Part shown: positions 43,301 through 53,870 of the stretch, in pieces
How the letters are laid out: each line of letters opens with the position of its first letter
Numbering within the stretch: the first letter of the stretch is position 1
Source of the DNA: an uncultured Actinomycetota bacterium
GTDB lineage: Bacteria > Actinomycetota > Actinomycetes > DATJPE01
Direction of reading: 5' to 3'
NCBI GenBank assembly: GCA_963736655.1
Contig: CAVTPM010000005.1
Location: 453,295 to 517,294 of the forward strand
Length of the DNA: 64,000 nucleotides
Translations under genes and position numbers: made by a program
Notes under the pieces: model-generated
What the model saw: the letters and a program-made list of their open reading frames with translations, nothing else
Told to the model about the DNA's origin: nothing
The model's database searches: none

Positions 43301-43897
43301 CTCGGGCTGTACGTCTCCGACCATCCCCTGATGGGTGTCGAGCACGTGCTGGCCCAGGTCGCCGACGTCTCGGTGGCCGGGTTGATGGCCGACGAGGACC
43401 GCTCCGACGGTTCGATCGTGACCATCGCTGGACTCGTCTCCGGCCTCCAGCGCAAGATGACCAAGAAGGGCAACGCCTGGGCGATCGCGACCATCGAGGA
43501 CCTCGAGGGCGCGATCGACGTGATGTTCTTCCCGCAGACCTACACGCTGGTGGCCACGCAGCTGGTCGAGGACGCCGTGGTCGTCGTCAAGGGCCGCCTC
43601 GACAAGCGCGAGGAGGTCCCTCGCCTCGTGGCGATGGAGATGAGCCTCCCGGACCTGTCGGTGGGCGACCGCGGGCCGATCGTCATCACGATGCCGGTCG
43701 CCCGCTGCATCCCGCCTGTGGTCGATCAGCTCAAGGGGGTCCTGGCCAGCCACCCCGGCGTGATCCCGGTCCATCTGCAGCTGCAGTCCGCGGGGCGCAC
43801 GACCGTCCTGCAGCTCGACGACCGGCTCAGGGTGTCGGCGAGCCCCGCGCTGTTCGGCGACCTCAAGGCTCTGCTCGGGTCGGGCTCAGTCGTCTGA
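40352..43897 (+). CDS. dnaE: Replicative DNA polymerase III alpha subunit (alternative start 40331)
   Basis: Intact ORF. FAHLHVHTEYSMLDGAA, MTDHGNVFG, GPGRGSAAGSLVSYALGIT, PDIDMDF, FNKAHSAGYG. GGAGG lies 8 nt before GTG 40352. Confidence 0.92.
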   Translation: MASTGGDGFAHLHVHTEYSMLDGAARVKDLFAEAAKQEMPALAMTDHGNVFGAYDFYKQAKATGVNPIIGMEGYYVPIGSRFDRQPFTFGAGVGQDVGDEGMTKGKVNYTHMTLLAQDNVGLHNLFRISSLASLEGQYRKYPRFDRELLERYAKGIIATTGCPSGEVNRWLQVGNYERALQAAADYRDIFGAGNFFCELMDHDLEIERRTRDDLLKIARALELPLLATNDLHYTHAADADAHEALLCVQTGKTLADPNRFRFDARDFYLKTAAEMRHVWRDLPEACDNTLLVAERCSISFNEGANLMPRFGVPEGESEDSWLVKEVELGLHRRFPLGISDAHRAQADYELGVICQMGFPGYFLVVADLVRFAHESNIRVGPGRGSAAGSLVSYALGITELDPIKHGLLFERFLNPERISMPDIDMDFDERRRGDMIRYATEKYGEERVAQIITYSNIKAKAAVKDAARVLGYPYAMGDRLTKAMPPSVMGKDISLAGIFDPTDSRYAEAGEFRALYETEPDVTKVVDTALGLEGLKRQWGVHAAGVILCSEPLLDVIPIQRRDADGAIITQLDMGACEALGLLKMDFLGLRNLTILDDCLGHIRTNHGIELVLEDLDLDADRPTYELLGRGDTLGIFQLEGAGMRSLLRLMQPTSFADISAVGALYRPGPMGANAHNDYADRKNGRQQVVPIHPELAEPLAEILDETHGLLVYQEQVLAIAQKVAGYSLGQADLLRKAMGKKKKEILDKEYDGFSAGMRANGYTEAAIKTLWDTLVPFSDYGFNKAHSAGYGVLSFWTAYLKANYPAEYMAALLTSVRDDKDKSALYLNECRRMGIKVLPPDVNDSDGDFTPRGTDIRFGLSAIRNVGANVVESLVATRRAKGRFSDFTDFLAKVDAVVCNKRTVESLIKAGAFDSLGHTRRGLTAVHAEAIDAVLETKRAEAIGQFDLFGGGDEGAPALGFELAIPVGEWDKTVLLAAERDMLGLYVSDHPLMGVEHVLAQVADVSVAGLMADEDRSDGSIVTIAGLVSGLQRKMTKKGNAWAIATIEDLEGAIDVMFFPQTYTLVATQLVEDAVVVVKGRLDKREEVPRLVAMEMSLPDLSVGDRGPIVITMPVARCIPPVVDQLKGVLASHPGVIPVHLQLQSAGRTTVLQLDDRLRVSASPALFGDLKALLGSGSVV

Positions 43898-43984
43898 GGG
43901 CTTCATTCGGTCGCTCGTTGCGCCGATACTCGCGGGGGAGGGGCGCACGTCCGGGGTGCGTGCCGGAGGGAAGGCGATCGCGGC

Positions 43985-45633
43985 ATGCCGTACGACGACG
44001 ACCAGCGGGACGACCTGCAGCCAGCAGCTGAGGTGCTGTCCAGCTCCGACGGGACGCTCATCGCCGCCGCCAACGTGCTTCCACCCCTCGGCGAGCCGTC
44101 GGCAGCACCGTCGCGACGGCGTCGTGGCCTGTTGGTCGCCGGAGCCGCAGCGGCGGTCCTCGCCGTCGGCGGCGGAGCCTGGACCGTGGGGTCGGCGCTG
44201 TCGGGCGGAGGCAGCCCAGCCCGAGTCGGTCGTTCCGGCCACTGCCGCGTTCTACGTCGAGCTCGACCTCGATCCCGTCGGCCGGGCAGAAGGTGGACGC
44301 CTACCGGTTCCTCCGGAAGTTCCCGCAGCTGCGCGACCTCTTCGCGGAGAGCGGCGGCCTCGGCCCGGGGTTCGCCACGCTGTTCGAGGGCAGCGACATC
44401 GACTACGCGAAGGACGTCGAACCGTGGCTCGGTGACCGGTTCGCCGTCGCCCTGGTGCCCGGGTCGTCCACGAAGGACCCGCTGCGCCTCGAGCTCGTCC
44501 TCCAGGTCACCGACGAGAAGGCCGCCGAGGCGAGCCTGGGCACGTTGGTCGAGGGCGTCGGCGGTCTCAGCCTGCCCGGTGCGAGCGTCGTGGTGCGCGA
44601 CGGGTATGCGATCGTCGCCGCCGAGCAGTCCTTCGGCATGGGCGATGCGCCGGCAACCGATGCGGCCGCCCAGCTGTTCGCCGAGGCCCAGACCGCCAGC
44701 CTGGCCGACGATGCGGACTACAACGCTGCGCTTGCGCCGTACGGCTCGGGCGTGATGACGCTCTGGTCGAGCAACGGAGGGCTGAGCAGCCTCTCGCGCG
44801 CGCTTCCGCTGGGCATGCTCGGAGGCGCGTCTGGTCTCGGTGCCGGGCCGTCGGAGGGATCCGCGGTGAGCGTCCTCCGGTTCGACGGTGACGCGCTGGA
44901 GCTCGTCGGCAGCAGCACCGGGTCGCAGGTCTCGCTCCCTTCCGGAGGGGTCTCCGCTCTCCTCGACCTGCCGGACTCCACCCTGGCTGCGGTCGGTGGC
45001 GCCGGCCTCGGTCAGGCGATGAGCGACGCGGTCGCCCCGGCGCTCGACGGCCTCGTCGGCCTGGGTGCGCTCGCAGGTGAGGGCAACGACCCCTCGCAGC
45101 TGTTCGGCCCGCTGGGGGACCCGAAGAACTGGGGCACGTTGTTCGGTGACCAGACCGTGCTCGCCGTGGGTGGCGGGAGCGACAGCGAGCCGGCGGTCGG
45201 TGTCCGCGTGGTGGGTGGTCAGGACACCGTCGACGCGGTGCTCGCCCTGGTCTCGGACGCCGAGGGTGACGTCTCGGCTGAGCCGACCTCGGACGGGGTC
45301 GTCGTCTCCGACGATGCGGCCTGGGCGCAAGCACTCGCCGCAGGTGGCGGGTTCGGCGACTCGCAGCGCTTCCGCGACGCGGTCCCGGAAGCCGGCCAGG
45401 CGTCGGTCGTGGGGTTCGCCGACCTCGAGGCCCTGGTGGGACGCATGGGAGGCGAGGTTCAGGGGGAGCAGCGCGAGGCGCTCGACGCGCTGTCGTCCCT
45501 CGGCCTTTCGATCTCGTCGAACGGCGACACCCTCAGCTACCGGCTGCGACTCTCTGACCCGCTGAGCGGATTGTCGATCCCGAGGCTCCGCGCACGCCGA
45601 ACGGCCCCGCGGCGGGGACACGCGGGCCGATAA
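43985..45633 (+). CDS. DUF3352-like secreted/membrane-anchored protein; two frame breaks (~44215, ~44288)
   Basis: N-terminal TM (GLLVAGAAAAVLAVGGGAW), then ...QPESVVPATAAFYVELDLDP... and ...VDAYRFLRKFPQLRDLFAE...DVEPWLGDRFAVALVP. The DUF3352 call is from memory. Confidence 0.6.
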
Positions 45634-45765
45634 CGTTGGCGTAACGTTGCCGGACTTCGGCCCTTCCTTCGCTAGTGTCCGCGCCACAGGAACATCGTGG
45701 GCGGCACCTGTCGTCGGCGTTGAGCAGCAAAGAGCCGCGGGACTCCGGCGGCGAAGGAGGAGAAC

Positions 45766-46953
45766 GTGAAGAGAACTTCAACGCGCCGTCTCGCGACAGT
45801 GGCGGCGGTGGCCGTGGTCGCGCTTGGCGCTGCAGCCTGCGGCAGCAGCGGCGGCGGCAGCGGCGGCGGCGACGCGGCCACGTCGGTCAAGATCGGTTTC
45901 ATGGGAGACCTGACCGGTCCGAACAAGGCGCTGGGCATCAACATCCGCAACGGTGCCAAGCTGGCCATCGACGAGTACAACGCGACCAGCCCGGCCACGA
46001 CGATCGAACTGGTCGAGTACGACTCCCAGGGTGACCCGAAGCAGGCCACGGCCCTCGCGCCGAAGGCGGTCGAGGACGGCATCGTCGGCCTGGTCGGCCC
46101 GGCGTTCTCGGGTGAGACCGCAGACACCGGTGCCATCTGGCAAGAGGCCGGCGATCCCGTTCGTGTCCGCGTCGGCCACCCGGGTCGAGCTGTCCGACAA
46201 CGCCTGGACGACCTTCCACCGGGTGCTCGCGGACGACGGCTTCCAGGGCCCGGGTCTGGCGACCTTCGTGACCAAGGGCCTGTCCGCTGAGACCGTCGCC
46301 GTCATCGACGACGCCTCCGAGTACGGCAAGGGCCTCGCCGACCAGGTTGCCACTGCGGCCAAGGACCGCAGGCGTCGACCGTGCGCGGTGCGTGAGTCGG
46401 TCGCCGCTGAGGGCACGACCGTGCCGAACTACTCCTCGGTCGTCAACACGATCAAGGGCAAGAACGTCGACGCCGTCGTCTACGGCGGCTACTACGCCCA
46501 GGCCGGTCCGTTCGCCAAGCAGCTCAAGGACGGCGGGGTCACCGCGGCCTTCGTGTCCGGTGACGGTTCGCTCGACCCGGCCTTCGTCGAGGGCGCGGGT
46601 GCGGCTGCAGAAGGCGCGTACCTCTCCTGCACCTGCGCGCTGATCAACGCGGCATCCACCGGAACCGCGGCCACCTTCTACACCAACTACACGGCCGCGT
46701 TCAGCACGTGACCCCGGCACGTACTCCCCCGAGGGCTATGACGCTGCCACGACGTTCATCAACGGCATCAAGGGCGGCGCCACGACGGCTGAGGCGCTCC
46801 TCCCCGTCGTCAGCGCGTCGAACTTCGCCGGTGTCTCGAAGCAGATCCAGTTCGAGAGCCAACGGCAACATCAGTGGTGGAACGGTCTTGATGTACAAGG
46901 TCGTCGACGGCAAGATCACGTCGATCGGCACGACCGACGAGGCCACGGGCTGA
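45766..46953 (+). CDS. livK: Branched-chain amino acid ABC transporter substrate-binding lipoprotein; at least three frame breaks (~46140, ~46700, ~46858)
   Basis: Lipobox LGAAAC, then VKIGFMGDLTGPNKALGINIRNGAKLAIDEYN...IVGLVGPAFSGE... Colinear continuation in ORFs 45953..46711 and 46708..46953. Confidence 0.75.
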
Positions 46954-46977
46954 TCCAAGCCCTAGATCCCTGACCGC

Positions 46978-47009
46978 GGGGGTGGGAGCGCGACAGCGCT
47001 CCCACCCCC
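46978..47009 (+). terminator. Perfect 14-bp stem / 4-nt loop hairpin between livK and livH (no U tract)
   Basis: gggggtgggagcgc-gaca-gcgctcccaccccc. Confidence 0.45.
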
Positions 47010-47032
47010 GTCGTGGGGAGAAAGCGAGGGTC

Positions 47033-47966
47033 GTGAGCAACTTCATCGACCAGTTCTGGGCCTCCACGATCGACGGACTGACCCAGGGCGCCATCTACGC
47101 GCTCGTCGCGCTCGGCTACACCCTCGTCTACGGCGTGCTGCGCCTGATCAACTTCGCGCACTCCGAGATCTTCATGATCGGCACGTTCGCCACGGTCGCC
47201 GTGATCACCGGCATCGGCGTGACCTCCCCGCTGACCGGAGTCGCCCTGCTGCTCTTCCTGCTGCTCGCCGGGCTGGTCGCGGCCGCAGCCAGTGGAGGCG
47301 CCGCCGTGCTGCTCGAGCGCATCGCCTACCGCCCGCTGAGGAGGCGCGGAGCCACCCAGCTGGCCGCCCTGATCAGCGCCATCGGCGCCTCGCTGTTCAT
47401 CCAGCAGCTGTTCTCGCTGAAGTGGCCCGACGACCATCACGACCACCCGGATCCTCGACAAGGACGTCGTCGCGACGATCGGCTCCGGAGATCTCCGCGC
47501 CGACAAGCTCCTCGTGTTCTTCGGGGCAGTCCTGATGATGGTGCTGCTCGACCGCGTGGTGAACGGCACCCGGCTCGGCCGCGCGATCCGCGCCACCGCC
47601 CAGAGCCCCAACAACGCGACGCTCATGGGCGTCGACATCGACAGCGTCATCCTCGTGACGTTCCTCATCGGCGGTGCCATGGCTGGGATCGGCGGGATGT
47701 TCTACGTGGTGTTCTTCGAGGTGACGACGTACTTCGTGGGCTTCGTCCTCGGCATCAAGGCCTTCACCGCGGCCGTCCTCGGCGGCATCGGCAACCTTCG
47801 GGGTGCCCTGCTCGGAGGCCTGCTCCTCGGACTGATCGAGGAGTACGGCGCGAGCATCTTCGGCGCGCAGTGGAAGGACGTCATCGCGTTCTCCGTGCTG
47901 GTGCTGGTGCTGATGTTCCGGCCCACGGGTCTGCTCGGCGAGTCGCTCGGGAAGGCACGCGCATGA
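47033..47966 (+). CDS. livH: Branched-chain amino acid ABC permease LivH; frame break ~47425
   Basis: GTG 47033 opens VSNFIDQFWASTIDGLTQGAIYALVALGYTLVYGVLRLINFAHSE. Continues as ...GTRLGRAIRATAQSPNNATLMGVDID...GGIGNLRGALLGG. Confidence 0.8.
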
Positions 47967-49091
47967 GCGGCACCAAGCCGCTGCGCGGCTTCCGGCTCCC
48001 GTGGGTGAAGACGTTCGAGGCGATCGGCGCCCGCTGGCAGAGCCTGCCCACGTGGGGGCGTTGGGTCGGCTACGCGTTGATGATCCTGTTGGCGCTGTCG
48101 CTGCCGTCGATCCCCGGGCTCGGCGACATCATGACGCCTGGCAGCAGCTGGCAGCGGGTGCTCGTCTACCCGATCGGGATCTACATCCTGATGGCGCTGG
48201 GCCTCAACGTCGTGGTCGGCTACGCCGGGCTGCTCGACCTCGGGTTCGTCGCCTTCTTCGCCATCGGCGCCTACACCATGGCCATCCTGGGCACCGACTT
48301 CGGGCTCAACTTCTGGATCGTGCTGCCCATCGCCGTCGCCTTGACCATGCTGGCCGGGCTGGCGCTGGGGACCCCGACGCTGCGCCTGCGGGGCGACTAC
48401 CTCGCCATCGTGACGCTGGGCTTCGGAGAGATCATCCGCGTCACCGCGACCAACCTGGAGTTCACCGGCGGTCCTCGCGGCATCAACAAGATCCCGCGTC
48501 CGCCGTCGGTCGAAGGGGTCGACGCGTTGACCTTCTCGATCAGCAGCGTCAAGCCGTACTGGTACCTGATCGTCTTCATGATCGTGCTCGTCGTCATCGG
48601 CCTGAAGCGGCTCGAGCGAAGCAGGGTGGGCCGGTCCTGGTCGGCGATCCGCGAGGACGAGGACGCGGCAGAGCTGATGGGCGTGCCCACCCTGACGTTC
48701 AAGCTCTGGGCCTTCACGGTCGGGGCCGCTGTCGGAGGCGCGACCGGCGTGCATCTACGCGTCGTTCCAGACGGCGATCCGGCCGACCGACTTCCCCTTC
48801 ATCCTGTCGGCCACCATTCTTGCCGCGGTCGTGCTCGGGGGCGCCGGCAACATCCCCGGCGTCATCCTGGGAGCCTTCCTGGTGGGCTGGATCCCTGAGG
48901 TCTCACGTGAGTTCAGCCAGTACCGCGTGCTCGTCTTCGGTGCCGTCCTCGTCGTGCTGATGATCTTCCGCCCGCAGGGTCTGTGGCCGTCCAGGATCCG
49001 GCAGGCCGAGCTCAAAGAGGGCGAGGGCGGGATCGGTCAGCTCGGGGGAGAGGTGGGTGCCGTCGTGGCCCAGGCCGAGGACAACCGCTGA
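47963..49091 (+). CDS. livM: Branched-chain amino acid ABC permease LivM; frame break ~48748
   Basis: ATGA overlap with livH. LGLNVVVGYAGLLDLGFVAFFAIGAYT...RLRGDYLAIVTLGFGEIIR...SRVGRSWSAIREDEDAAELMGV. The tail lies in ORF 48831..49091. Confidence 0.8.
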
Positions 49092-49868
49092 TGACCGAGC
49101 CTCTGATCCGCCTCGCGAGCGTCACCATGCGCTTCGGTGGCCTGACCGCGGTCTCGGAGCTCGACCTCCAGGTCGAGCAGGGCGAGATCTTCGCCCTGAT
49201 CGGGCCGAACGGGGCCGGGAAGACGACCGTGTTCAACATGATCACCGGCGTCTACACCCCGAGCGAGGGCGACATCGTCTTCGAGGGCAAGCGGGTCAAC
49301 GCGCATGCGCCCGCACATGGTCACCCGGCTCGGCATCGCACGGACGTTCCAGAACATCCGGCTCTTCGACAACATGACCGTGCTCGACAACGTGGTCGTC
49401 GGCGCTCATGCCCAGCACAAGTCGAGCGTGGTCGGTGCGCTGCTCGGCCTGCCGCGGTTTCGCGCGGAGGAGCGGGAGGCCCACGCGCGGGCCATGGAGC
49501 TGCTGACCTTCATCGGGATCGCCGACCGGTCCGCGGACGCTGCGCGCAACCTTCCCTACGGCGACATGCGGCGTCTGGAGATCGCCAGGGCCCTGGCGAC
49601 CGGACCCCGACTGCTGCTCCTGGACGAGCCGGCCGCGGGCATGAACCCGTCCGAGAAGACCGACCTGATGGCTCTGATCCGGCGGATCCGGGACACCGGG
49701 GTCACGGTCCTGCTCATCGAGCACGACATGAGCCTGGTCATGGGCGTCAGTGACCGGCTGGCGGTCGTGGACTTCGGCCAGAAGATCGCCGACGGCGACC
49801 CGGAGCAGGTCCGCCAGGACCCCGCCGTCATCAAGGCCTACCTCGGGGAGGTGTCCGATGCTTCTTGA
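49091..49868 (+). CDS. livG: ABC ATPase LivG; frame break ~49300
   Basis: GPNGAGKTTVFN (Walker A), LPYGDMRRLEIARAL, LLLLDEPAAGMN (Walker B). ORFs 48983..49753 and 49305..49868 join. Confidence 0.85.
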
Positions 49869-50569
49869 GGTTGTCGACCTGCAGGTCAACTACGGCAAGA
49901 TCGCTGCCCTCAAAGGCATTTCCCTGAACGTCGACGACGGCGAGATCGTCACCCTCGTGGGGGCCAACGGCGCGGGGAAGACGACCACCCTCCAGACCAT
50001 CTCGGGGCTGCGTCGGGTGACAGCAGGGTCGGTGTCCTTCGACGGCAACAACATCACGGACCTGGCTGGTCACCGTCGGGTCGGGCTCGGGCTGTCGCAG
50101 GCGCCAGAGGGGCGAGGGATCTTCCCCGGGATGACCGTGATGGAGAACCTCGCCATGGGCGCCTACATCAAGGGCAAGCCCTCGCCCGAGAGCCTCGATC
50201 GCGTCTTCACCTTGTTCCCGCGGCATGCAGGAGCGGCAGAAGCAGATGGGCGGAACCCTCTCGGGGGGTGAGCAGCAGATGCTCGCCATCGGGCGTGCCC
50301 TCATGGCGGAGCCGCGCCTGCTGCTCCTCGACGAGCCTTCGATGGGCCTCGCGCCGCAGCTCATCCAGCTGATCTTCCGCATCATCAAGGAGATCAACGA
50401 GCAGGGCACGACCGTCCTGCTCGTCGAGCAGAACGCCTCTCAGGCGCTGTCGATCGCCCACCGGGCCTACGTGCTCGAGACCGGTCTCGTCGTCAAGACG
50501 GGCACCGGCAGCGAGCTCCTGGGCGATCCCTCCGTGGTGGCTGCCTACCTGGGGGGCGGGGCGGCCTGA
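49858..50569 (+). CDS. livF: ABC ATPase LivF; frame break ~50222
   Basis: [40 protein letters not shown]. ORFs 49750..50271 and 50225..50569 join. Confidence 0.85.
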
Positions 50570-51637
50570 TCACCCTGCGTGGGGCCGTCTGGGGCGGCAG
50601 CCGCGCAGCCACCTCCTCCGGCCAGGTGGTGGTGAGCCCGGACGGGGTCCTCGTCGACGTCGGCCCTTCGACGGGTTCAGCCGTCGGTCAGCTGGTCGAG
50701 GGGACCTGGGTCGGCCCGGCGCTGGTCGACGCCCACGTCCATCTCGCCGCCGCGTCGCCGGACGAACATCGTCCACCTCGGCGTCGGTGCCGTGCGCGAC
50801 CTCGGGGCACCTCTCGTGCATGCCCAGGCGTGGCGCGCGGGAGTCGGCCCGGTCGTGGCCGTCGCGGGCGAGCTGATCACCGCACCTGGCGGCTACCCGA
50901 TGAACAGCTGGGGGGCTGACGGGTTCGGGTGGCCGGTGCAGTGATGCAGCCGACGCGGGCGCAGCCGTACGTCGTCTGGTCGAGGGCGGCGTCGACCTGG
51001 TGAAGCTGGCGCTGGAGCCTGCGGACGGCCAGCCCGTCCCCGACCTCCCGACCTGCCGGGCTCTCGTCGACGCGGCTCACGCAGCCGGCCTGGCCGTGAC
51101 CTGTCACGCGCTGAACGCACTGATGGTCACGCGGGCGCTCGATGCAGGAGTCGATGAGCTGTGTCACACGCCGACCGAGCCGTTGGGCTCCGAGCTCATC
51201 GAGCGCATCGCCGCATCCGGCGTGCCGGTCGTCTCGACCCTGCAGACCCACGTCGAAGGTGGCGCAGGGGCCGGGGCGATCGAGCAACGCCCACGCCTTG
51301 GTGGCCGCCGGCGTCGCGATGGTCTACGGCACCGACCTGGGCAACACCGGCACTGCGCCCGGTCCCTCCTCGGCCGAGCTCGAGCTGCTCGCCGAGGCGG
51401 GCCTCGGTCGGGAGGGTGCGTTGAGGGCAGCCACCTCAGGGGCCGCGGCGGACAGCCGGCCTGGCTGGCCGGGTCGACGTCACCGTCGCGGTCGGGGCGC
51501 GTACGGTGCTCGTCGTGCTCACCGACGACCCGCTCCTCGACCCCACGGCGTGGCATCGCCCGGTCGCCGTCGTCGCAGGGGGGCGCGTCGTCGGAGGCTC
51601 CGCATCCACCGACTCGGCGTTCGAAGGACCGCGGTGA
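50566..51637 (+). CDS. Amidohydrolase-family metal hydrolase, fragmented over three frames (at least four breaks); start uncertain
   Basis: [11 protein letters not shown]..., [11 protein letters not shown]..., [12 protein letters not shown]..., [10 protein letters not shown]..., [11 protein letters not shown]..., [12 protein letters not shown]...VVAGGRVV. All are colinear across ORFs 50626.., 51000.. and 51142.. Confidence 0.55.
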
Positions 51638-52179
51638 GGCGCTCCGACGTCAAGGTCGCGGCCGCCGTGGTCGGGATTCTCGTGCTCGCCGGTGTCGTCG
51701 CCGGGGTCGTCTGGTGGTGGGTGGCCCCCCAGCCCACCTACCGCGTCGCGGCCGACGGCCTCTACCTCGTCGGTGACCAGCCCCAGGAGTACGTCGCCGC
51801 CGATGGCTGGTTCGCCCTCATCACGGCCCTCATCGGCGCGGGGGCCGGCCTGCTCGCCTGGTTGCGAGTCCGCCGCGCAGGGCTCGGCGTCGTGATCGGG
51901 TTGTTCGTGGGTGGTCTGGCGGGCGCGGCCGTGGCGGCCGGTGTCGGGCTGTTCCTCGGTCGCTCGGATCCCTATGCGGCGCCGCTGGACAGCGTGACCC
52001 AGGGGCCGCTCGAGCTGCGAGCCTGGGGGGTCCTGCTCGTCGAGGCAGGGGTGGCCCTGTCGGTGTGGCTGCTGCTGGACCTGCTCGTGCTGCGCGACGA
52101 ACGTCCGTCTCCGCCACCTGATGCCGCCGGCATGGCCCCGCCCGAACAGCCTGACTACGGTGCTCTTCGTGACCTATGA
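51634..52179 (+). CDS. Hypothetical integral membrane protein (about 4 TM segments)
   Basis: GTG 51634 overlaps the preceding stop as GTGA. VAAAVVGILVLAGVVAGVVWWWV..., WFALITALIGAGAGLLAWL..., VVIGLFVGGLAGAAVAAGVGLFLG..., GVLLVEAGVALSVWLLLDLLVL. Confidence 0.5.
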   Translation: MRRSDVKVAAAVVGILVLAGVVAGVVWWWVAPQPTYRVAADGLYLVGDQPQEYVAADGWFALITALIGAGAGLLAWLRVRRAGLGVVIGLFVGGLAGAAVAAGVGLFLGRSDPYAAPLDSVTQGPLELRAWGVLLVEAGVALSVWLLLDLLVLRDERPSPPPDAAGMAPPEQPDYGALRDL

Positions 52180-53372
52180 CGTGTCGCGCATCCGCGCGCA
52201 GTACCCCGCACTGCAAGGCCCGACGGTCTACCTGGACGGCGCTGCCGGCACCCAGTCCCCGGTCGAGGTGATCGAGGCGGTCGCCGCGGCCTACCGGGTC
52301 GGTACCAGCAACGGTGGAGGGGCGTTCGCCTCGAGCCGCCGGGCCGATGACCTGACGATCGAGGCGCGGCGGGCCGTTGCTGATCTCGTGAACGGTCACC
52401 CCGACGGGGTCGTGCTGGGGCCGAACATGACGACCCTGACGTACCGGTTCGCCCGCACCCTGGCGGACGGGTGGGCGCCCGGTGACAACCTGGTCGTGAG
52501 CCGGTTGGACCACGACGCGAACGTCCGTCCCTGGGTGCAGGTGGCGGCGCGGACCGGGGTCGAGGTGCGGTGGGCGGAGGTCGACCTCGCCACTGGTGAG
52601 CTCCCCGCGGACCAGTTCGACGCCTTGGTCGACGCACGAACCCGGCTCGTGGCCGTGACTGCGGCGAGCAACATCCTCGGCAGCCGTCCCGACGTCCGAT
52701 CCATCACCGACCTCGCCCGGGACCGCGGGGCGCTGTCCTACGTGGACGGGGTGCACTCGACGGCGCACGGGGTCACCGACATCCAGGCGTACGGCTCCGA
52801 CTTCTACGCGACCAGCGCCTACAAGTGGGTGGGACCGCACGTGGGCTGCGTCATCGCGAGCCCCGAGCTGCTCGAGGGGCTCCGCCCGGAGAAGCTCGCC
52901 TCGTCCTCGGACGTGGTGCCCGAGCGTTTCGAGTGGGGCACGCCGTCGTACCACAACTTCGCCGGCGTGACCGCGGCCGTCGACCACCTCGCTTCCCTCG
53001 ACGACGCCGCGACCGGCTCCCGCCGCGAGCGGCTCGTGGCCGGCCTGTCGGCTGCCGAGTCCCACGAGCACGCCCTGCTGCTGCCGCTGCTCGACGCGCT
53101 CGAGGCCGACCCCCGGATCACGCTGTACGGCCGCGCGGTCCGTCGCACCTCGACGATCTACTTCACGGTCGCTGGGTTCACGCCGCGCGAGGTCGCCATG
53201 GCTCTGGCCGAGGACGACGTCAACGTCTGGGACGGGCACAACTACGCGTGGGAGCTCACCGCAGCCCTCGGCATCCGCGACACGGGCGGCGCGGTGCGCG
53301 CCAGCCTCGACCACTACACGTCCGCCGACGATGTCGCGCGGCTCCTCGCGGCACTCCAGCGACTCGGTGTAG
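52169..53372 (+). CDS. Class-V aminotransferase / cysteine desulfurase-like PLP enzyme; 3' end unresolved
   Basis: VYLDGAAGTQSP...RLDHDANVRPW...AVTAASNILG...YVDGVHSTAH...FYATSAYKWVGPH. No in-frame stop before the convergent ybaK. A TAG at 53370-72 is one base out of frame. Confidence 0.7.
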
Positions 53373-53860
53373 CCGGGTCGGCCGACGGCGGCCACGGTCG
53401 CACCGGTCAGCCGGACCAGGTCGTTCGGGGCCAGCTCGATGTCGAACCCCCGTCGTCCACCGGAGACGTACATGGTCGGGAAGTCGAGGGCGGAGGAGTC
53501 GACGACCGTCATCAGGGGCCTTCGCTGTCCGAGCGGGCTGATGCCGCCCCGGACATAGCCGCTGCTGCGCTCGGCTGCTGCCGGATCGGCCATCTCGGCG
53601 CGCTTGCCACCGACCGCGTGCGCCAGCGCCTTGAGGTCCAGCTGTCCGTGCACCGGTACCACCGCGACGACGAGTCGTCCGTCGACGGCGGCCACGAGGG
53701 TCTTGAAGACCCGAGCGGCGTCGACCCCGAGAGCGGTCGCCGCCTCGAGGCCGTAGGACGTCGCGGTCGCCTCGTGCACATACGTGTGCGGTGTGTACGG
53801 CACGCCGGCCGCCGCGAGCGCCACCGTCGCTGGTGTGCCGCCGCTCGCCTTCTTTCCCAT
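53372..53860 (-). CDS. ybaK: Cys-tRNA(Pro)/Cys-tRNA(Cys) deacylase YbaK; 3' end unresolved
   Basis: ATG 53860 opens MGKKASGGTPATVALAAAGVPYTPHTY...VFKTLV...GYVRGGISPLGQ...MYVSGGRRGFDIELAPNDL. The ORF runs on with no stop (long ORF 51830..54043). The end is placed by the expected ~160-aa length. Confidence 0.65.
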
Positions 53861-53870
53861 GGGGAGCCCG

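Noticed and set aside
40142-43774. 1210-aa ORF on the minus strand
   Set aside because: Antisense to the intact dnaE1. No recognisable motifs; same high-GC artefact.
43903-45687. 594-aa ORF on the minus strand, longer than any single plus-strand piece here
   Set aside because: The plus-strand pieces join colinearly into a DUF3352-like protein with a TM anchor and natural composition. The minus ORF is Arg/Gly-rich and has no start context.
51830-53370. Continuation of the ybaK frame into a 737-aa ORF
   Set aside because: Beyond ~163 aa the translation is antisense to the class-V aminotransferase and the membrane protein. The missing stop is best explained by an indel.
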